Below are positions 26,294 through 39,337 of a stretch of 64,000 nucleotides of DNA, in pieces (the first letter of the stretch is position 1; each line of letters starts with the position of its first letter). Made by a program: the position numbers and the translations under genes. Source of the stretch: Octopus sinensis (lineage: Eukaryota); the NCBI RefSeq assembly GCF_006345805.1, contig NC_043006.1, positions 93,682,001 through 93,746,000 on the forward strand, read 5' to 3'. Below the pieces are notes generated by a model. The model made no database searches, was not told where the DNA came from, and was given only the letters and a program-made list of their open reading frames with translations.

Positions 26294-26372
26294 TATATGC
26301 ATGTATGTATGTATGTATGTATGGATTTATATATGTATGTATGAACCCGGAACCAAGCTACTTACCACACAG

Positions 26373-26407
<35 letters not shown>

Positions 26408-26427
26408 TATATATATATATCATTAAT

Positions 26428-26605
26428 CTTTTGCTTGCTTCAGTCATTAAACTGTGGTCATGCTGGGACATCGCCTTCGAGAATTTCTTAGTCGAATGAA
26501 TCAACTCCAGGACTTATTTTTTTAAGGCTAGTACTTATTCTATCGGTCGCTTTTGCCGAACCACTAAGTTACGGGGACGTAAGCACACCAGCACTGCTTG
26601 TCAAG
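26428..26605 (-). mobile_element. SINE family A, 3' half
   Basis: CAGTCATTAAACTGTGGTCATGCTGG...AAGTTACGGGGACGTAA. Confidence 0.8.
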
Positions 26606-27211
26606 CAGCAAGCAATTTCAACATGTTCTATTTTACAGAGATATAAAGGCGGCGGTTATGCTCTCAAGTGCTATTGTTTATAATGCTTTAGGCATTGTTA
26701 AGATCATTTTCCTGCTTTGAAGGACCCCTAGTTTAAACAGAAAGCCAAGTATTGCATCCACTGAACGCTCATACACTAAGAGTTGAGAAAAGTCGTTTAG
26801 CAATCATCTGCCACTTGAACACTAGTGACAAATAACAATCAACTTTGTCCATCATACAGTGACAAGAGTTCTTTGGAGCATCAGGCCACCAGGCTGTCAC
26901 ACTGCTTCATTTGATCGGTCAACTCAGTTCAACGCACAGTTTCAAAGAGGTCCATCCGCATATCATAAATTTATTTAGTGCTACAAATATTTCTGAAAAC
27001 CCTTGCACACAACCGTAAAATGGTTGTGGAAGAACTTCATACATTTTGCATTTAGTTGGTGGGGTCCTATGTTTTATTTCTAATTTGGTGTACCTTTGCA
27101 ATTTCTCTTGCGCACCGCATTTTGTGAGACACTGATGTTGAGCTAACCTCGTTCTCTCTCGTTTGCAATTAGTTGATACAATTGCTGGGGACGTTGGTTG
27201 CTGTTGCTGTT

Positions 27212-27548
27212 GAGCGAAGCGGTCTTCGTCCCAGAGCTCGCAGTGGGAGAAGTCCGAATCGTGGTCCTTTTGCTATTCGTAAGACCCGCAGAAGAGAAAG
27301 CAGGTCAACCCCCGACACCGAGAGCATCGACGGATGGATGAATGCCCATCCAGGCTCAGCGGTTGCGTAGGAAGTCGGGGGCAAGAAACAGGAAGAAAGA
27401 GTGAGAGAAAGTTGGGACGAAAAAGTACAAGAGGGGTCGTCCCCCCTCCTGCCGGAGCTTTAGGTGTTTTCGCTCAATAAACACACAGAAACATGGGAAT
27501 CAAAACCGCGAGTCCGCTGCCCTAACCATTGGGCCATTGCGCCTCCAT
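27212..27548 (-). mobile_element. SINE family C
   Basis: Homologous to 8740-9093 and 39811-40183. Confidence 0.87.
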
Positions 27549-29065
27549 TGGGGACGCTGGTGATGATGGCTGTTTAATAGTGGTAATGAAAATGGCGAGG
27601 TTTACAGGAACTTTGAGGGTTTTGTCACTGTTTACCAACTATCTTTAAAAAACTTTTATAATGTCTCATATAGATGTAATTTGTGACGCTGAATCCGAAT
27701 TTGTTATTCATTTATTCCAGAAAAATTTTGCAAAGATCTTACAGATGTTCTCAGTTTGATAATTTTCAGAATTTTCGGCCAATCGGAAAACAACGCGTTC
27801 GCTGCCTCTTCCATCATCAGTGAACGGCGGTGGGGTCACCTGCATGTTAACACATTGCTACTTCACTTTCACACCTACACACATATACACATATACTCAC
27901 ACAGAAATGAAACGTTGTTTTATGCTTTACTTCTTACAGTCATTTTTGTTCAGCGTTGAATGTTCGCCATCCCACTTCTATTGACACACACACTCATTCA
28001 CATACTTCCCTTCTACATGCACACACATATACTCACACAGAACTGAAACGCTCCCGCTACCAGTTTGCCATCACACCTTCCTTTCTCATTCATATATTGT
28101 GACGGAGATAAACACAAGAGTATTATTATAGTAAGAAGATAATCTTTCTCCTATCCCCTTCTCCTCCTTGTGCGCATATGCGGCACCTTTAGTTACTATG
28201 GAAACCGATTTCTTCGCCACGGTGATGTGTAAAATACTCGCTAAAATACCCAAATTTTGCAAAGTTTAATGGCTAATAGCATTTTAATTATGGATTTATA
28301 GGGGAAATGAATTTCATTTTCATAATTAGTATACAAAGCTTAATCCATTTACCAAATTTAAGAACTACTGGAACAAAATTGCAAACACTGACGGAAGCTA
28401 CAAAGATGCGTTTTCCATATTCCAATTGGTCGTCAACGGCGGATGTTCTTAACGCTCCATACTGGCAGGGGTATGAGGGATAGGATTCCAACTATGACCA
28501 TCCCATTTTCCTTTAAGCAAAAGAATGTAATTTCTTTCTTTTTCTTTTTAAGATCGTAAATTGCTATATGCAAGAGATTTACTTATTATTTCTAGCTTGT
28601 CGTGCAATGTTAATAGGGGCGGGGGTGGCAAGTGTTAGTGGTGATGATGGTGGTGGTGGTGGTGGTAATGGTAGTGGTGGTGTTGGTGGTAGTTGTAATC
28701 TTGGTGTTGTTGATTGTTGTTCTTGTTTACGATGTGGTTATTTGTGTTCAGCCCCAGGCCAGTGTTGAACAGGCAAAACTGTCATCAAATGCATTCCAAC
28801 CGTGACCATCTAGGTGCTTTTAGAAGCATATAGAATAACACTGTCCAGATTGACCGTTCCCATTTTCTAAGGAGAGACGATAGGGAATGAACTGAGAGAA
28901 TTTGACTGTTGTTTCTGACAGGTCAAACAACAACCTTGTTGGGTGTCGACTGTGTTACTTATAGGCTTGCTGTTGTGGTTGTTGTTGTTGCTGCTGCTCC
29001 TCATAAGGATGGTGGTGGTGGTGGTGGTAACGATGAGGATGATAATGTCGATGTTAGTGGTAAAA

Positions 29066-29300
29066 GGCGGCGAGCTGGCAGAATCGTTAGCACGCCGGGC
29101 GAAATGCTTTGTGGTATTTCGTCTGCCGCTGCGTTCTGAGTTCAAATTCCGTCGAGGTCGACTTTACCTTTCATCCTTTCGGGGTAGATAAATTAAGTAC
29201 CAGTGATGCACTGGGGGTGATGTAATTGACTTAATCCGTTTGTCTGTCCTTGTTTGTCCCCTCTGTGTTTAGCCCCTTGTGGGTAGTAAAGAAATAGGTA
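29066..29300 (+). mobile_element. SINE family B, full length
   Basis: GGCGGCGAGCTGGCAGAATCGTTAGCACG...TAAAGAAATAGGTA. Confidence 0.9.
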
Positions 29301-29793
29301 TTGGTGGTGATAATGGTGGTAGCGGCGGTCGTCGTCGTCCCCGTCGTGGTAGTGGCGGAGTTGGTGGTGATGGTGGTTGTGGTGGTGGCGACGGCGGCAA
29401 GTGCGGTAGCAACGACAAGTACGAGAGCGGCGGCGGCGGCGGCAGGGGCAACGGAAAAGATGGTGGTGGTGGTGGTGGTGGTGGTGGTGGGTTTTTTTTT
29501 ATTGGAAACAGAAAGAAGTAGATGGGTGGTGTTGTTGAAGGTCGGCGGACGGTAGAAATGGTCTTTTTTTATTTCTTTTTCGAAAGCGAAATGGCGCGTT
29601 GACAGTGGGGTCAGATTTAATATGCAAGCTAACAGCTGCACCAAGTGCACAGTGTATAACAAGGCTAAACTAAATAGATACAACACAAACAACAACAACA
29701 ACAAAAATATCTTCCGCACCCCAACCTCTCAAAAAAAACCCTGAAAAAAATATGGTGGAAGTCAAATGATTAATTTACGCGCGCGATTGTGCA

Positions 29794-29831
<38 letters not shown>

Positions 29832-30100
29832 AGGGGTATGATTTTGGGGTGCATTTTGTATGCTGGGGCATGTACGTGTTTGTTTGTGTGGGTGTGTGCA
29901 TGTGGAAGTGCGCGTGCGTGCTTGCGTACGTGAATGTGTTGGTACGTACGCCTTGGTGCTCCTCTGTTTCGCGCTGAGAGTGTGTACTATACACATACAA
30001 GCATATGTGTGTGTGTGCGTATGTAAGTGTGTGTACATGCAGGTATATATCTATATACATACATATATGCTTGTGCAATATATGTTTCCATATATGTATG

Positions 30101-30141
<41 letters not shown>

Positions 30142-30338
30142 CTGGTGATAGAGGAGTGCTTTGCTCTGGTCTAAATAACGTTGTCTTATCCGTTGGCTGG
30201 TAACCAATGGTGACGCTCCCTACTTTCTCGGCGAGTCCTTAATAGTCTGGAATCGTCTGGCGTGTTGTGCGTGCATGTGTATGCCTCAATGTGTGTGTGT
30301 GTGGTGTGTGTGTGTGTATGTGTGTGTGTGTGTGTGTA

Positions 30339-30373
<35 letters not shown>

Positions 30374-30427
30374 GTGTGTGTGTGTGTGTGCGTGCGTGCA
30401 GGCTAATTGTTTTCTTTTGTGGTATTC

Positions 30428-30625
30428 TTCTCTTATTCTTTTACACGTTTCAGTCATTTGATTGCGGCCATGCTGGAGCACCGCCTTTAGTCGCACAAAT
30501 CGGATCCAGGACTTATTCTTTGTAAGTCTAGTACTTATTCTATCGGGTTCTTTGCTGAACTGCTAAGTTTTCGGGGACGTAAACACACCAACATCGGTTG
30601 TCTAGCGATGGTGGGGTGGGGAGAC
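30428..30625 (-). mobile_element. SINE family A, 3' half
   Basis: TTTCAGTCATTTGATTGCGGCCATGCTGGAGCACCGCCTTTAG. Confidence 0.85.
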
Positions 30626-30652
30626 AGACACACAAATATACATATATGTACA

Positions 30653-30711
<59 letters not shown>

Positions 30712-31041
30712 GTATGTATGTATGTATGCATGTATATATACATATATATATATATAGAGAGAGATAGAGAGAGAGGAAGAGAGAGATGAGTTCAGCAAAA
30801 ATTTAGATTCAGATGAATATGGTACTTAAGTTGAGGCACCATAATTTAGTACGGTATTATCCACACAATTTCAAAATTAGGAGATTAAAATCAAAATAAG
30901 CAACAAGGGTATCCAGAGGTAATGCAGTACGATCGTTTAACGCAACTCCATTTAAATGTAGAGCAATCCTCAGCTGCACAAAGCCACAGAATTTAATTAA
31001 ATTAAAACAGATGGATAACAAATTATAAATATTTCCAAATC

Positions 31042-31074
<33 letters not shown>

Positions 31075-31079
31075 ATAAG

Positions 31080-31233
31080 AGTAGGCGTGACTGTAAGGTA
31101 AGAATTTTGCTTCCTAACCGCAAGGATCCAGGTTCAGCGTGACACCTTAGGCATGAGTTTTGTTCCAAATCTTGGGACCGACCGAAGCCTAGTGTATGGG
31201 TGTAGTAGACGGAAACTGAAAGGAGCCCGTCGT
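31080..31233 (+). mobile_element. SINE family A, degenerate 5' half
   Basis: GTAGACGGAAACTGAAAGGAGCCCGTCGTA. Confidence 0.7.
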
Positions 31234-31264
31234 ATATATATATATATAGATATATATATATATA

Positions 31265-31462
31265 GAGATCGTTAACTCCTACACGCATTTTTTCTCTCCT
31301 TGTTTCTCTCCTTGTTTTTTTCTTTGTATCTTTCTGTCGAAGAGCGTAGGCTCGAAACGTAAAAGACTTTTTCTATTTCTATTCCTGAGCGCTATATTAA
31401 TACATTTGTTTGTTTGTACTCCACCTGCCTTCGTCTTTTGTTTATTTTCGTAAACTTTCCCA
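31265..31462 (+). mobile_element. Hammerhead-bearing element, family H1
   Basis: 31329-31366 UCUUU-CUGUCGA-A-GAGC-GUAG-GCUC-GAAA-CG-UA-AAAGA. Flanked by (TA)n on both sides. Confidence 0.78.
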
Positions 31463-31799
31463 ATATATATACATATATATATATAAATTTTTATTAATAT
31501 TTAAATTTAGTAGAAGTAATAATGTAACTCAATGCCTAGAATTTGATGCGAACGCACGAAACTTTCGGACATTGAGCCACTTTGCTACTTCTACTAAATA
31601 TTGATAAAAATATACATGTAAAATATTTTGAGTATATGTATATACTCAAAATGGCTGTGTGGTAAGAAGCTTGCTTCCCAGCGACATGTTTCCGTGTTCA
31701 GTTCCACTGCGTATCACCTTGAGCAAGTGTCTTCTAATATAGCCTCGGTCTTTTAATATCGTATGTATAGTCTTTAAAAAAATTTAGAAGCTTATTCAC

Positions 31800-33060
31800 G
31801 CTTTACCATTTTATATATGGCAACAAGTCGTCATAATCTATAACTGACGGTAGGTCGTCAAACTCTACCCTCGCTCCCATTGGGTCCACCTTGTTTCCAA
31901 ACCATACCTTTAATTTTTCGTATATCTCTTTGTCTATTACTATGGCTTTTGTACTTTCTGTGTAATGTCCCAACGGTAATTTAACTCTTATCACCGATTT
32001 AAATTTGGTGATTTTATTCCTTCTATATCTGTGCTTTTTGTATATGTTACCATATGCCATTTGTTTTTTCCGAGTCTTTTGATTGTTTGGGTTGTCTGTG
32101 ATGGTTTCCTTTTCCTTCGTTGTTGGTGTTGTTGAAGGATCGCGTAGTGAAAAATGTGTACATTCTGTTTCACCCCCTTTTTCTTTCTTGGACTCTACGG
32201 AGGTGTGTTCACTGGTTCTTTTCTTTTTCTTTTGGTTACCTCCGTAAATGGTTCTTCCACTTCTTTCGTGCATTTTTCATTTTCTAGGTCCACCACTTCG
32301 GCATTCTGCTCCTGTTGGTTTTCCTCTTTTTTATTTTCTCTCTGGGGACACTTCATTCTAATATGTCCTTTTTCATCTCATTGATAGCAAGTTGGTGGCG
32401 TTCCTTCTACCACCACTCTCAACCTTAAGTCCTCCGGTAGTATTATTTCTTCAGCAATTTCATTTAGATTTTGTTGCCCAACCTGGATGATCATTTCTAG
32501 TCCGTATCCCCAATAATTTACCTTCTTTGTTCTTGTCACCTTTAGAATTTTGGCGTCTTCCTCGGTTTTGTGCATTCTTTGATTGCTGGTGGTACTCTAC
32601 TTATTCTCACTCTGGAGCCCTTTTTGCCGCCGTAGGTAGGTATGAGTACCCATTTTCCGTCTTCAGTATCACAGTGGAGTGATTTATTGACTCCTGTTTG
32701 TTGGCAAATCTCATCTCCACTGTGCCACATTTTCTGCCTCTTGTATAGAATGTTGTCAGGTGCTTAATTTCCTTCAGACATTCTTCAATTGCTTCTTCCG
32801 TAGCTATCTCTATTTTCTTTGTGTTTGTCGATAGAGCTCTGTACACCATTGTTCTTTTCTTGATACTTGTTGTCACCTCTTGTGGAGGGGTAGTTTTAAA
32901 CGGGATCCCTCTTTCTGAATCAGCTTGTAGTGTTTCTTCAGCCTCTTCTGTTCAATTTTTATTTCTCGCACTTCTAGCGAATCTGCACCTTTCTCATCAG
33001 TTACTTCGCCCCAAAATGGAGAAGAAGACAAACACAAAATTTAACAGACCCGCTGGCAAA
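31800..33060 (-). mobile_element. Tx1/L1-like ORF1 (gag-like) pseudogene
   Basis: Frameshifted pieces ...GTVEMRF...VRISRVPP...LRVVVEGTPPTCYQ*DEKGHIRMKCP (CCHC knuckle, second Cys changed to TGA), followed by a Lys/Glu-rich tail. Confidence 0.7.
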
Positions 33061-33383
33061 ACTAGCAACGGTATTAAGTAAATTCAACAAAACATGGTTC
33101 ACCCGCGCGGAAGAACCTTTAACAAAGTATACGTCAACCGGAATCAAAAATGATTTAACACTAACAAAACTGGCTCGGTGACTGAACCCTATTTATAAGT
33201 TGTGGACCAGCCCATTTCTCACATGGGGGCGTCCACCATAACACATTAATACCTCGACATCCTTGTTACTTATCTGATTTTTATTCACCTTCGAGCTGTG
33301 TGGATAATACTGGATTGACTTGGTGTCTCAACTTATGTACCTAATTCAACTGAATCTTAATTATATCTCTTTATATATGTATG

Positions 33384-33417
<34 letters not shown>

Positions 33418-33970
33418 TGTATGTATGTATGTATGTATGTATGTATGTATGTATGCACAAACAACCATACATACTACTATACATAACGTCTTACTGTAGT
33501 TAATTCAGTCACAATATTCTCAAATTTTCACAATCTTTTTGTTACCCCTCCTTTCACCCTGATTCTCACTCTCTCTTTCTCTGTCTCTCTGTCTGTCTGC
33601 CCCCCCCCATCTCTCTCACTATTTCGCTCTGTACGCTTTCCTTTGGCTCTAAGCAACCATTTCTTTTTTTATCATAAATGTGCATTTACCCTATTAAATA
33701 ATTTATCGATTACTGGCTAATTGTTACATTAATTATGTATTGCTCTCTTCTGAGATGTTTTTTCTGCCATCCAGGCCAAGAGTCATCCAGTCATTTGGTC
33801 AAGATAGTTTAAGATACCGTTGAAGAGAACTGTTGCTCTATAATGCTCTGTGTTAAACATCAAATACAAAAGGTTTTGTGTTGTTCATATCAGGCCTTCA
33901 GCAGCTCTCGAGACTGTAATAATTAAGTGAGGTGGTTTTTAAGCCTTTAATTGTTTATAAATTATTGCTG

Positions 33971-34145
33971 TAGGCGCAGTAGGATTGGCTGTGTGGTTAA
34001 GAAGCTCGCTTTGAAACCATGTAGACTTGGTTTCAATGCTACGGTGCGGCATTTTGGGCAAATGACTTCTACTTTAGTCTCAGGCCGACTGAAGCATCAT
34101 GAGTGGATTTGGTAAACGGAAACTGTGATGAAGCTCTTTGCGTAT
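33971..34145 (+). mobile_element. SINE family A, degenerate 5' half
   Basis: AGGCGCAG...TGGCTGTGTGG...GAGTGGATTTGGTAAACGGAAACTG. Confidence 0.75.
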
Positions 34146-34223
34146 ATACACACAAACACACGCACGCGCGTGCCTGTGTTTGTGTGTATGGGTATGTGTA
34201 TTTCTCTATGTGTAACTTTGTTG

Positions 34224-34520
34224 TAAAACAGTTTACAAGGAAAAATCTTGAGAAATTATTAAAAAGTTCATTGAAAATATATAAGAACATTTTAATAATT
34301 TCTCAAGATTTTTCCTTGTAAACTGTTTTAACATTTTTCTTATTATTATCAAAGAATGTATATATGTATTGTAATATTTTGTGACAACCAGTATTTAACA
34401 CAAAAAAGGTTTTACAAAGCTTTTACATTTTGCTTTTGACAATATTTTTCTAAAAAAGCGAAACCGGTCAAGTGAATAAACACCTTTTAAAATTGCATTT
34501 TCAAACCTTCTTTCATGTAT
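34224..34520 (+). repeat. Dispersed repeat with a perfect 41-bp fold-back at its 5' end; second copy at 55337-55550
   Basis: Arms 34224-34264 / 34290-34330. The body matches 55337-55550. Confidence 0.85.
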
Positions 34521-35039
34521 ATTTCCTCTCGTGCACTATCTTACAACTTCACTGACGCGCACTCTCAACTTTTTACTTGACCGTTTCTCCCTGCCTGTCT
34601 GTCTTCCTCTCTACCTGTCTCTCTCCTTCTTATTTTTCACCCTTTCTGGTTTCTTCTTCTTCTCTCTCTCTCACTCCTTCTCCTCCTCCTCTCTCTCTCG
34701 TCGCTGACCGGAGGGCTACAAACTTTCTTTCTGTCCACTGCTTTCAACAAGTCAACATCGGCTTTTTTCTGTCTTCGCAAGCCGATCTTCAGAATGCGTT
34801 CTAACAAATTTTTCCACCGTCTAGGCTTAAAAAAAGCCCTTATTGTTGGTTTCCTTGTCCTGTCTTTTACTGTTTTTATCTTTATTTGTACTGTTTTTTT
34901 TCTTCATTTGTATTGCTTTTACATCCTGTTCTTTCACTTTTTTTTACCCCTCCGCAAAAGAATTTTATTTAATTCCTTTTGCGGGAAGGACTGCTTCGGC
35001 GTGGTCGTGTTCTGCCCTTACCCTCGAAACACGCATTGA

Positions 35040-35270
35040 GTCGAAACAGGGGCAGCTGAAGAAGGGGAATGTTCCTTGTGTTGTTTGTCTTGTACTCTAT
35101 TTTTTCGTTGTTAAAAAAAGTCCGTTTCCTTGTTTGGTTTTATGTTATCGTTTCTTGTTGTGTTCTACGTTTATTTGTGGTGTCCTGTACTGTATATATA
35201 CCTATAGATGTAGGTATGTACATATATGTATGTATGCATATGTTTTATTTATTAAATTGTTATTATATAT
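35040..35270 (+). repeat. Dispersed repeat shared with 58100-58370
   Basis: CTGAAGAAGGGGAAT.TTCCTTG...GTACTCTATTTTTTCGTTGTT...GGTGTCCTGTAC...GCATATGTTTTATTTATTAA in both copies. Confidence 0.8.
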
Positions 35271-37244
35271 ATATAGCCTCGTTTATCACTTGATTCATTC
35301 ATCACCAATCTGGGATATGCATGATTTAAGTCATGGATTTATATCGAACAGCAATTATCACGAGAAGGATGGTTTCAGTTATAAGCCAAGACCATCTTGA
35401 AGATCACACGCTGCTTTGTTTTCACGGATGAAGGATCACTGTTTCCTCTGTCTGGTTGAAACAGATTGTATTGTTGACAATGCCGAAAAGATTGATTGAA
35501 AAGATATTTCCTTCATCGATAAAGCACCATCAGCTACTTCAAGTTCCACTTCAGGCATTGCATTCTGCTGAATTTGGTGAAAATTAAGTGGAAGTTGTGA
35601 AGTTTAGGTGAATGAGCCTAATTCCAGAAACCGCCTGGAAGCCGAGGAACAAAGTTAAGAGATGATTGTTTCCCTTGAGAGTAAGGCTATGTCTAAATAT
35701 TTAGAAATCACTGATTATTCACAGATCCCTCTCTCTCGACTGGAGTATTTCATATTGCCGTAGGTGTGGGTTGTTGTCGTTGATCTAAGATGATGACTGT
35801 TTGGGTTGCAGAACGAAAGCATATTTCTCGGGCTGCATGAAGAAATAACTGGCAACATCCACGAGTAACAACAGAATATTTTATTACAGTACATAGAGTT
35901 TTACTTGTGTTGTGCTTTTGCAAATAACACCAATGATTACATTCTGGGAGAAATATATCGCTTATGGTTTGCGACCAGCTAACTGATACAACAATCTATG
36001 GCTAGCCCATCCCAAGTGAAAAAGAACTGCGCTATGTTTGTGGCAAGGAAATTTCGTGTCTTTTCTCTGCTATCTGTCTTAATTGGCTGGATGTGGTAAG
36101 AATAGAGACACAACGTGCAGCTGTCTCAAAATTCTGCAATTAAGGCCCAAAACTGCCACTTTATAGGGCACAAGAAGAATACTCTAGAATATTGAATCCT
36201 ACAATAGCTTCATTTGATTGGACGCTTAATAGATCGATCATGTGAAACTACTGTGTTTTGATCGTGATGTCTGACCGGCAACCTAACAGTTCGGTTTTGA
36301 ATCAGCGCTACAGCAGCATATATGTTTCTACTTTTTAACAAGTTTGTTTTCCACCCTTGATCCCAAACTCCAGCGATTTGATTAACCTGTCCTTGCAATA
36401 GCTTTACATCCATCGTTTATTGGAGAAAAATTAATAAAAGCTTATTATTATTATTATTGTTCTGGTTGTTGTTGTTGTTATTCCGTCGAAATTGATTTTG
36501 TTTTTCATCGCTTCGAGGTCGATAAAATAAGGATCAGTTGAACACTGGGGTCGATATAATCGCGACTAACACCTCCCCTAGAATTACTGATCTTGTGCTA
36601 CAATTAAAAAGAATTATCATCGTCGTTGATCTTGTTGCTCTTGTTCTATTTGTTGTTGGTGTTGTTGTCGCTCTCGTTGTCGTCGTCGCCGTTGTTACTT
36701 GCTGCGAAGGGTAAGAAAACACGGTTGCACATCGAAGGAATCATTATCCATTATGTCCTTCCAATTTTAAACCACACAGCATAATTTGAGGGAGATTGGA
36801 CTGCTATTTCTAGCAGGCCTAGCGACCACTTAGGGTACTCTCACCCTAACGGTAGTTTAAGTAATATGAATTAGTACTAACAATACTAACCGTGCTGATT
36901 GTACTAACATTTCAGCCATGCCTTCGATAATATTGTTGTCCAATACTTCCCCCATCTGACACCCTAACCACTTATCCCTCCCCTACATCGCTCCACCCGT
37001 CCACTAGTTAGTATGTCCACCCCACCCGTTTCCCCCGCCTCCCTCAATATTTCTATAAACCCCATTTTCTCTGTTCGCGTGGTCCCTTTTTTATTTGGCA
37101 TTTTTTGTTTCCTTACATCACACGTGTGTGTGTGTGTGTGTGTGTGCGCGCGTCCGTGTGTGTTTATGCTTCTATGTAAAATAACTCTGTCTGTCTGTCT
37201 CTTTTTGTCACTCTCCATACACATACACACACACATATATATAT

Positions 37245-37278
<34 letters not shown>

Positions 37279-37306
37279 ACTTATATATAGATGTATATAT
37301 ATATGT

Positions 37307-37395
<89 letters not shown>

Positions 37396-37848
37396 TATAC
37401 ATAAATATGTATACACACACATATACGTATATATGTACACGCACATGCACATACATCTATGTGTATGTAATTACGCATGCATTTATGTGTATATCTATAT
37501 AAATGTGTATACATAAACACATACACACACGCATATGTAAATAAATAAATATATATATACATATGTGTGTGTGTGTGTTGGATGGGGCGGGATCGGTTAC
37601 CGTTGTGAAGTGTAGTTAAAACAGTAGAATGCGGTATGAGGAGGGGGATGAGTGGCGTAGTGAACCGGTAGAGATGTGGAGTTATGACATTAGGGCGTGG
37701 CTGGGAGGGACCCTCTTAAAATGTAGACGCAGGGGCGTTCAACAGGTTCATTTTATGCAATCGATTGTCTCGAACGCGTCACCTGGTCCTTACAAACATA
37801 AAAGCCATTGCCAGAAGCAGCAGCAGCAATGGTGGTGATGGTGTAGAG

Positions 37849-37897
<49 letters not shown>

Positions 37898-38458
37898 CGG
37901 CAGTAGTCCCTCGATTGTTTTGGGTTATTAGGGAAAAGAAGCGGGGAGAGACCAATAGAACGCTGCAATATATCTACCAGCTCGGGGAAAAGTTTTCTCT
38001 CTTCGTGTCTCCAGTGTAAATGCTACCGAGTTTGTCTTTACCTTTAACGTCCCGGGCGGGAATGAAAGCGTGTATGGGATAGAGTGAAGTTGATACATTC
38101 TGTCATGTAACTTGACAATTCACCAACACAAAAGACATGGATGCTATGTGTTCAGATTTGAAATTACTTATTTATAAAAAATAAAGTAGAATCGGTGGAG
38201 CATCGCATACAAAATAACGTGTGGTGTTTAGTTGCGTCCCTCTACACGCGGACGTCAAATTTGCCGTTAATCATTCCGCAGGTCAAATACGAACCAGCCA
38301 AGTATCGCGATTGATAATACTAACAATACTCTCTTAAGATAATATACGGCCTTGTGTCTTTACACGCTCGCACACATATATGTACACACACACACACATA
38401 TATATACACACATTTAGCTATATGGACATAGATGTAAATAAATACAGTTTACGTATAC

Positions 38459-38526
<68 letters not shown>

Positions 38527-38527
<1 letters not shown>

Positions 38528-39275
38528 ATTTCTTTATTGGCCACACAGGACTGGACACAGAAGGGACAATTACAAATGTAGAGCCTTTCTTTTTGGAGAT
38601 GGAAAAGGAAAAAGAAGAAAAAAAGGAAACAAATGTAAAATTTCGATCAAAAGGGATCGGAAGAAAAAAAGCGATCAAAAGGGATCGTGTATCACAGAAA
38701 GAAAAAAAATTTTTTTCACAGTAACAAACAAGATTAGGTTCATCTGTGGAAAGAAAAGCCTAGAGAAAAGACCACGGTAACCTCAGGCAGGGAGGAAAAA
38801 GAACACATGAGAGCAAAGTGCTCTCTCTCTCTCTTTTACGATTTACAGGATCATGCTCACATGCACATCTTTGCTACATTCACCCACCTTTTTTTGAAAC
38901 TTTCACGAGACAAAACCTGCCTTTCCATTCTCACCTTCCTTTTCAAGTGGTACTTGAAAAAGTTGATGAGCGATTGGCCAGAGAGGTAGGTGTTTGTCTC
39001 TAATCCTTTCGCTCGAGTCCACCTCACACATTCTTTCACCATAGCCACCAGTTCGATGAAAACTGCCTTGCCTTCCCGGTTGAGGGAAGGGGGGGTGCAA
39101 CCTACACGATAGACTCGGCCGACAGGCGGACTCATCCCACACCTGACAGCAGCCGTTCGGCATAAGCCCACAGGTCCGAAATGGATGGACACTGCACGAG
39201 TGCGTGCAGAACGGTATCGTCGCTCTGACCGCATCTCGGGCAAGTCGGTCCAGTGTGTCTCGAACCGTGCCTATA
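38527..39275 (-). mobile_element. Tx1/L1-clade LINE 3' end inserted in (GATA)n
   Basis: CPRCGQSDDTVLHALVQCPSISDLW (C-terminal CCHC zinc finger of L1/Tx1 ORF2), ...FKKRWVNV, T-rich 3' UTR ending GTGGCCAATAAAGAAAT-(TATC)n. Confidence 0.85.
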
Positions 39276-39305
39276 GACAGACAATTAGATAGATAGATAG
39301 ATATG

Positions 39306-39335
39306 TTTCTTTATTAGCCACACAGGGCTGCACAC

Positions 39336-39337
<2 letters not shown>
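39306..39337 (-). mobile_element. Second, very short 3' tip of the same Tx1-like family inside (GATA)n
   Basis: GTGTGCAGCCCTGTGTGGCTAATAAAGAAA versus GTGTCCAGTCCTGTGTGGCCAATAAAGAAA. Confidence 0.75.

Noticed and set aside
26620-27140. Possible transposase or exon remnant
   Set aside because: Manual translation gave no recognisable motif and many stops.
27600-28500. Possible DNA-transposon or Helitron termini
   Set aside because: Suggestive words only; I could not find a matching TIR pair, TSD or second copy.
35010-35070. Permuted (type II-like) hammerhead from CCCTCGAAAC...GTC...CTGAAGAAGGGG
   Set aside because: Core words are present but I could not form a stem I, so no ribozyme is called.
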